64,000 bases of DNA from Candidatus Multivoradales bacterium. Lineage in GTDB: Bacteria; Acidobacteriota; Thermoanaerobaculia; Multivoradales; JAHEKO01. Location of the stretch: the NCBI GenBank assembly GCA_965248055.1, contig CBDFIJ010000004.1, positions 2,208,001 through 2,272,000 on the forward strand, given 5' to 3'. Position 1 is the first letter of the stretch. Each line of letters begins with the position of its first letter. Shown here one piece after another: positions 58,399 to 64,000 of the stretch. A program made the position numbers and the translations under genes. The notes beneath the pieces were generated by a model. It was given only the letters and a program-made list of their open reading frames with translations. It was not told the DNA's origin and did no database searches.

Positions 58399-59850
58399 CT
58401 AGTTGTCTGTTGGTCGATCAAGCATGGTCTTGGTGAACTCAACAAAGGTAAAGACGTCAGCGAAGTTGCTCGCGAGTCCGAGGGAGACACGTACCGCACC
58501 GGTACTCTTGCCGTCGATGCAGCGCTGAAAATCGACAAAAGTCATGTACTCGCCGCTGGCAAAACAGGTCACCAGTTCCGACTGATCAAGGCCGAGTGCA
58601 ATCTCGCCAGCTCCGGGATTGCAGAAGCATCCGGTGCGCAGAGAGATATTGTGCTGATTCGCAGCTTGTTCGACCAATTGGTGGTCGATGACTTGACCGT
58701 CGCAATCCAAAAAATTAACCGCAATGGCGCCCCCACGCTGCTTCATATCACTGGGTCCGTAGAACAAGAACAACGGAGTTCCGTTGGCGTGGCGAAGCTT
58801 CGACAGTTGCCCAAGTAGCCACGCGGTCAGCGCCTGAACCCGATTATGAATTGTCTCTACGCCGACTTGATTCAGGAAATCGAGTCCGATATCGACCGCC
58901 GGAAGGTTGGCATAGTCGAGAGTTCCGTCTTCAAAAGCAGCCGCTCCCCCGGCTGGCACATGGGCGTCCGCCTGCACCGAAGCAACTTCAATGGTGCCGC
59001 CAGCGAACCAAGGGCGATGCAGCTTCTCCAGCGCCGGCCACCGCGCGATCAGCGCTCCGACACCGGTCGGGTAGCCAAACATTTTGTAAAACGAAAGCGC
59101 TACGTAGTCCGGTTTATGGCGGGATAGATCGAGCCGGTTGGTCGGGACAAACGCCGCTGCATCCAGCAGCACATCCCAGCCTCGATCTTGCGCTAGTTGC
59201 ACCCACTTCAAAGGATGTTGTACGCCCGAAAAATTAGATTGAGCCGGGTAGGCAAATAGATTGTGCCGACCGGGTTCTCCGCGATCGAGAAAAGCGAGCA
59301 GGTCGGTTTCGCGCACCCGCATCTCAGGAGGTCGCACTGGGACGTAGGTTGTCGTCGCGCCGTGCGCCCGATCAAATTCCCGAATCCCATTGACCGAATT
59401 ATGATTGTCAAAAGTGAGCAGAAACTGATCACCAGGTTCGAATGGATACGATTCGCCGACCAGTTTGAGGGCCTGACTGGCATTGGCAGTAAAGATGACC
59501 GCGTACTCTTTTTCCGAGGCGCCAAAGAAGTCGAGAACCTTGCGCCGACATTGCTCTACGCCGTCAGTAGCGGTCAACGAGGTCGGGTTGCTGGAGTGGG
59601 GATTACCGAGCACACTTGTGAGCAAGAACTTGCCGTGCTCGCGAATCTGGCTCTCGCCGTAGAGACCGCCGCCGGTGTAGTCGAGGTAGATGTGGTGGGT
59701 GGCATCTAGTCGGGCGAATTCACTGTCGCGTAGCTGAGGAAAATCAGGGTTATCGAATCGAGGGTTTTGATCGGCGAATTCTTTCCGGGCAGCTACAAAT
59801 TCTCGCCCGCAGGGCGCGGATAGCTCTAGTTCAGCGGTACGGGTTACCAT
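58399..59850 (-). CDS. Class V PLP aminotransferase (Moco-sulfurase-like / cysteine desulfurase fold)
   Basis: YLDYTGGG, GNPHS, PAQSNFSG, LDAAA, SFYKMFGYPTGVG, LRTGCFCNPG. Confidence 0.88.
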   Translation of the reverse strand: MVTRTAELELSAPCGREFVAARKEFADQNPRFDNPDFPQLRDSEFARLDATHHIYLDYTGGGLYGESQIREHGKFLLTSVLGNPHSSNPTSLTATDGVEQCRRKVLDFFGASEKEYAVIFTANASQALKLVGESYPFEPGDQFLLTFDNHNSVNGIREFDRAHGATTTYVPVRPPEMRVRETDLLAFLDRGEPGRHNLFAYPAQSNFSGVQHPLKWVQLAQDRGWDVLLDAAAFVPTNRLDLSRHKPDYVALSFYKMFGYPTGVGALIARWPALEKLHRPWFAGGTIEVASVQADAHVPAGGAAAFEDGTLDYANLPAVDIGLDFLNQVGVETIHNRVQALTAWLLGQLSKLRHANGTPLFLFYGPSDMKQRGGAIAVNFLDCDGQVIDHQLVEQAANQHNISLRTGCFCNPGAGEIALGLDQSELVTCFASGEYMTFVDFQRCIDGKSTGAVRVSLGLASNFADVFTFVEFTKTMLDRPTDN

Positions 59851-59856
59851 TGACAA

Positions 59857-61209
59857 ATGGTAACAGCGCAGCGCGCCGGCGACGACCCGGTTACCCCGAA
59901 GCCAGGGCTCGGGCTCTGGATGTGTACCGCGTTGGTGGTCGGCAACATGATTGGTTCAGGGGTTTTCTTACTGCCCGCGTCGCTGGCCCGTTTCGGCGGC
60001 ATCAGCATCGTTGGTTGGATAGTGAGCGCCGCGGGAGCTGTGTGTCTGGCGCTAGTTTTCGCACGTCTCGGTGCGATCATGCCAAGAGTGGGTGGACCGT
60101 ACGCCTATGCTCGTGAAGGGTTCGGCGACTTTGTCGGTTTTTGGGTCGCGTGGTCGTACTGGATTTCAGTGATGACGACCAACGCCGCTTTGGCGGTCGC
60201 GTTCATCAGCTACTCGACGGTCTTTTGGCCGGCGCTGGGAGACTCACCGGCGATTGCTGCCATTGCCGCATTGGGAACCCTGTGGATCCTCACGCTTGTC
60301 AATGCCCGTGGGGTACGGGAAGCGGGTCAGGTCCAACTTGTCACGACCCTTCTCAAGCTACTTCCTCTGGCCGCCGTCGGGACCTTCGGTTTCCTATCGT
60401 TTCGCGCTGAGCACTTTCAGCCCTTCCATCCTTCGGCCGGAAGTCCGCTTAGCGCGGTGACCGCAACGGTGACGCTCACCTTGTGGGCCTTCTTGGGACT
60501 CGAATGCGGGACTATCCCCGCTGGCGATGTACGCAACCCTTCGCGAACGATTCCCCGGGCGACCCTGCTCGGCACAATCATTGCCGCGACCATCTACATC
60601 ATCTGTACGGTGGCGGTTATGGGAATTATCGCACCGGCAGAGCTCGCTCCATCGACGGCCCCTTTTGCTGATGCGGCAGGCTCGATTTGGGGATCGTGGG
60701 GACGCTGGATCATTGGAGCGGGTGCTGCCATCTCCTGTTTTGGTGCACTTAATGGATGGATTTTGGTTGCTGGCCAAGTGCCGCGTGCGGCAGCCTTGGA
60801 CGGGCTCCTGCCGGCTCGGTTCGAAAAATTGGGGCCGCGCGGGACCCCGGTATTCGGGTTGCTCTTTTCTAGCGTGATCGCAACCGTCCTAATAGCGATG
60901 AACTACACTCGAGGCCTTGTCCAGGCTTTCACGTTCTTGATCCTCTTGGCGACTCTTGCGACCTTGCTTCCATACGTGTTTGCCAGCATGACCGGGCTGA
61001 TTTTGGCGCTTCGTGAGCGCAAGACCTCACCAGAATCTGGTCGTGTGGCCGGTCGCATGGCCCTCAGCGTCTTGGCCTTTGGTTTCTCGCTCTGGGCAAT
61101 CGCTGGAGCGGGTCAGAGCACCGTGTACTGGGGCTTCATGTTGTTGGTGGCCGGAATTCCCGTCTATGTAGCAATGCGCTGGCGAGGCACAGGCGTGACC
61201 AGTGAGTAA
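59857..61209 (+). CDS. APC-family amino acid permease (AdiC/PotE-like)
   Basis: GNMIGSGVFLLP, GGPYAY, LWAFLGLE; about 12 TM helices. Confidence 0.9.
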   Translation: MVTAQRAGDDPVTPKPGLGLWMCTALVVGNMIGSGVFLLPASLARFGGISIVGWIVSAAGAVCLALVFARLGAIMPRVGGPYAYAREGFGDFVGFWVAWSYWISVMTTNAALAVAFISYSTVFWPALGDSPAIAAIAALGTLWILTLVNARGVREAGQVQLVTTLLKLLPLAAVGTFGFLSFRAEHFQPFHPSAGSPLSAVTATVTLTLWAFLGLECGTIPAGDVRNPSRTIPRATLLGTIIAATIYIICTVAVMGIIAPAELAPSTAPFADAAGSIWGSWGRWIIGAGAAISCFGALNGWILVAGQVPRAAALDGLLPARFEKLGPRGTPVFGLLFSSVIATVLIAMNYTRGLVQAFTFLILLATLATLLPYVFASMTGLILALRERKTSPESGRVAGRMALSVLAFGFSLWAIAGAGQSTVYWGFMLLVAGIPVYVAMRWRGTGVTSE

Positions 61210-62086
61210 GCAGATCTCTCAACAGTATGGCGTCACCAGCATGGTGGAGCCATTGCAACGGGTAGCCATGTGCCGACCAGGAACAGCCATGCTGAAGGCA
61301 GATCCGAGCTTGTGGCACTACGCCAAGCCCTTGGATCGAAATCGGCTTCTTCAGCAATACGGTGCCTTCACAGACCTAGTTGAAAAGAGTGGAGCCAACA
61401 TAGAGTGGATGGCATCCAATCAAAGTCTTGCGGATTCCGTCTTCACCTACGACCCATCGCTTGTGATTGCTGATGGCGCTGTAGTGCTACGCCCTGGAAA
61501 GCAACTTCGCGAGCCAGAAGCCCAACTGCACCAACAGTTCTACGAGCGATTGGGTGTTCCATTGCTTGGCACGATCACCGCCCCAGGCACGGTCGAAGGC
61601 GGTGATTGTTTTTGGATCGACGATCAGACTATGGCAGTAGGTCGAGGGTTTCGTTCTAACCAAGAGGGAATCTCGCAATTGAAGAGAATCCTCGCAGTCC
61701 ATGGGGTAACCGTCGAATCGTTCGACTTGCCGGTTTGGGATGGAGATTCAGCTTGCTTGCATCTGATGTCGCTGGTGAGCCCCCTCGATCATGATCTGGC
61801 TTTGGTCTATCGCCGATTGCTACCGGTCGCCCTCTACCAGCTGCTCTGCGAGCGAGGTGTTTCTTGCCTTGAAGCACCGGATCAGGAGTTCGCTGCTTCC
61901 AAAGGCCTGAACCTGAACGTCTTGGCTACCGCACCCCGTCAATGCATTGCGGTGGCAGGATTTCCTGAGACCGCAGGCTTGATGAGCGAAGCTGGTTGTG
62001 AGGTTTCATTGTTCGCCGCCGACGATCTCTGTATTCCTTGCGAGGGCGGACCCACCTGCATGACCCGACCGATCCTGCGAGGCTAG
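61202..62086 (+). CDS. Amidinotransferase / dimethylarginine dimethylaminohydrolase-family enzyme
   Basis: DSVFTYD, EGGD, LHL, EGGPTCMTRP. Confidence 0.88.
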   Translation: MSKQISQQYGVTSMVEPLQRVAMCRPGTAMLKADPSLWHYAKPLDRNRLLQQYGAFTDLVEKSGANIEWMASNQSLADSVFTYDPSLVIADGAVVLRPGKQLREPEAQLHQQFYERLGVPLLGTITAPGTVEGGDCFWIDDQTMAVGRGFRSNQEGISQLKRILAVHGVTVESFDLPVWDGDSACLHLMSLVSPLDHDLALVYRRLLPVALYQLLCERGVSCLEAPDQEFAASKGLNLNVLATAPRQCIAVAGFPETAGLMSEAGCEVSLFAADDLCIPCEGGPTCMTRPILRG

Positions 62087-62129
62087 CCAAGTAAGCCGAT
62101 CGAAAAGCTCCGTTCTTCGGACAGGTCGT

Positions 62130-63350
62130 CTACGAGTAATCGCGCTGGCGAACGGTCAGGTTGGCAAACAACAATCCGATGACCAAGGAAAAGGCGATCA
62201 CCATCATCGAAAAGCCAGCTGAGAGCCCCGAGACAACATCTTCGGCCAAAAGCGCCGAAAGGCTGCGAAATCCGATGCTCCCTGGCACCAAGATCAGCAG
62301 CGCAGGCAAAATGGGGATCGCCGAAGGGATATTGCGCCAGCGAGACATGAGCGTACCCAGGGTACCCACCAGCCAAGCTCCCACTAAGGCACCCAGGTAG
62401 GGCCCCAAATACTCAGTGCCAAAGCGGGCGCCGAAAAAAGCTACGCTAGTCATCACCAAGACCACGGGAGTGTCTTTGGGCCTGGCTTGAAACAACACTG
62501 TAAGTGCTATCGAAGTGGCCACTAACGCTGCCAAGACGATTGTCAAGGATGGCGGCGATGGCGACGAAGAGGCTTGCGGGGCGACTGCTAGATCTGCCAA
62601 CCGTTGTCCCAAAGCTACGCCAAATGCGAGCTGCAGAAAGGTGATCATGGCGCCAGAAAGTCGAGCGGTACCGCTCACCAAATGTCGGTGCGCAAGCTCG
62701 CTGACCGCGATGGTCAGCGTCAGTCCGGGAAGAATGACGATCAAACCAGCCAAGGTGGGGATCAACGGGTAGAGATCGCCGAAGACGCCATTGGCCAGGG
62801 TGGTTAATAGTCCGGCTGCAATTCCAGCCAGCGAGGGAAATACCAGCGCCCAGCGAGGAGAGCGGGTGATCAAAGTGGCCCCAATACCGATAATCAATCC
62901 CAGGGCAGCAGAGACCAGCGACTCACGCCAGCCACCGTCGAAGAAAAAAGCAACCGTAGCCGAAGCAATACCGAAAGCCAGAATGGTAGTCCAAAGAGGA
63001 TGAGTACCTGGCCGCTGCAACAGTTGTTCAATCGCCTCGGAACCTTCCGAGGGCGAAGTCTTCCTCTGCTGTACTTGCCGAAAAATGGCTTGCAAGTCAT
63101 CGAGCTTGGCCAGGTTGCTTTCACCGCTGTCCACCCGAGCCAAATATGTGTGTGAATTGGCGCCCGATCCGAAGGAGGCCACGATCGAGGTCGGAGTTAC
63201 CAGAAATTCGGCTTGGGTATCCAAAGCAGCAGCGACTCGCGCTAACGCCCCCTCGGTTCGATGGGAGGGGCTACCGAATCGATGGAGTGCCCGCGCCAGC
63301 TTGACTAAAAAAGCTTGTTCTGGCACCAACGGTTGAGATTGAGTATGCAT
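62130..63350 (-). CDS. thrE: ThrE-family threonine/serine exporter
   Basis: LHRFGSPSHRTE, ILPGLTLT..VSGTARL, LVPGS. Confidence 0.85.
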   Translation of the reverse strand: MHTQSQPLVPEQAFLVKLARALHRFGSPSHRTEGALARVAAALDTQAEFLVTPTSIVASFGSGANSHTYLARVDSGESNLAKLDDLQAIFRQVQQRKTSPSEGSEAIEQLLQRPGTHPLWTTILAFGIASATVAFFFDGGWRESLVSAALGLIIGIGATLITRSPRWALVFPSLAGIAAGLLTTLANGVFGDLYPLIPTLAGLIVILPGLTLTIAVSELAHRHLVSGTARLSGAMITFLQLAFGVALGQRLADLAVAPQASSSPSPPSLTIVLAALVATSIALTVLFQARPKDTPVVLVMTSVAFFGARFGTEYLGPYLGALVGAWLVGTLGTLMSRWRNIPSAIPILPALLILVPGSIGFRSLSALLAEDVVSGLSAGFSMMVIAFSLVIGLLFANLTVRQRDYS

Positions 63351-63736
63351 TGGTCGCGGTGGTCAATTTTGAAGGAGAGTTTGCCAGAGGTGAACCGGTA
63401 AACGGCTAACCGTGGCTACCTTACACTTGCGTGGTGGACCAAGTGCTGTTGGGGAGACTCCAACACTCCAAATGAGCGAAGCAAACCCTCCAGGCAGGGC
63501 AGCGGACACCATGTTCGCCGGTATTTTTGAACCTAGGAGCCGAAGAGGGGACATCGTGCGTGTCCCCTTTGTCAGTGGATGGATCTGCCTTCCTTGTCCG
63601 TCTGCACAAAGCCGCTCAAACAAGAAGCTGTGCGACGACGCTAGGCTTGCTAAAGTCGATGGAGGAACCGTAGCGACGGTACTCCGCCAGGGACTGATTT
63701 CCCTGACTCGTTGAAGAATCCATAGTAGGGGTAAGT

Positions 63737-64000
63737 ATGAAACAGACTTTCTTGCGGATCATGGTGATCGTGGTTGCCGCGCTTTTTCCTAGTCGCGGGG
63801 GAATCGCTCAACAGAATCAACCGACGCCAAATATCGCCATGTCTGCATATCAACTAGATGTGACTCTGGACTTTTCCAAAGGCGGTGAGGAGTATCCGTT
63901 TCTCAACGAAATGGTCGGGAGGGCCCGCTTGACATTTTTGAATCGTGGCGATCAGGCGCTTACCAAGATTCCTGTTTTGCTCAACCGGTTGATGACCGTT
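63737..64000 (+). CDS. Partial exported protein (aminopeptidase-N-terminal-like), apparent frameshift at G5 63797-63801
   Basis: Signal peptide MKQTFLRIMVIVVAALFLVA, then another frame reads IAQQNQPTPNIAMSAYQLDVTLDF..., open to the window end. Confidence 0.45.
   Translation, partial: MKQTFLRIMVIVVAALFPSRGGIAQQNQPTPNIAMSAYQLDVTLDFSKGGEEYPFLNEMVGRARLTFLNRGDQALTKIPVLLNRLMTV

Noticed and set aside
63797-63801. G5 frameshift as programmed phase variation
   Set aside because: The run is short; a sequencing indel or simple pseudogenisation is equally likely, and the gene is incomplete in this window.
1-64000. CRISPR array, integron attC array, rRNA or prophage structural genes
   Set aside because: No regularly spaced short repeats, cas/intI genes, rRNA or capsid/terminase motifs were recognised.

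Overview
Bacterial chromosomal window whose gene content points to Acidobacteriota, probably Thermoanaerobaculia-like (inference): Acidobacteria-type VWA proteins, carboxypeptidase-regulatory-domain TonB-dependent receptors, TPR plus FG-GAP/ASPIC-UnbV proteins and a class GN sortase. Ordinary blocks are a sigma54 two-component operon, ggt, nadQ, VWA/TPR genes, two TBDRs, an MntR/multicopper oxidase/ZIP module, NfeD-flotillin, a truncated globin, a permease/amidinotransferase pair and thrE. Two accessory regions interrupt them. (1) 16.0-30.2 kb: a nest of IS256, IS3 and IS481 elements plus a group IIC intron 5' end, around an unusual 'split' Rhs locus. The Rhs shell gene ends in PKD/Ig adhesin domains, and the Rhs core plus toxin is a separate gene with its own RBS and signal peptide, present as two cassettes with different toxin/immunity pairs. 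(2) 46.9-54.6 kb: remnants of integrative elements. Two homologous ~140-bp att arms each end in the tRNA-Sec anticodon core and bracket an integrase-free 3.2-kb cassette. The array appears to sit at a secondary site inside a sortase-target gene, next to a decayed sortase. Functional calls come from motif recognition only; no searches were run.
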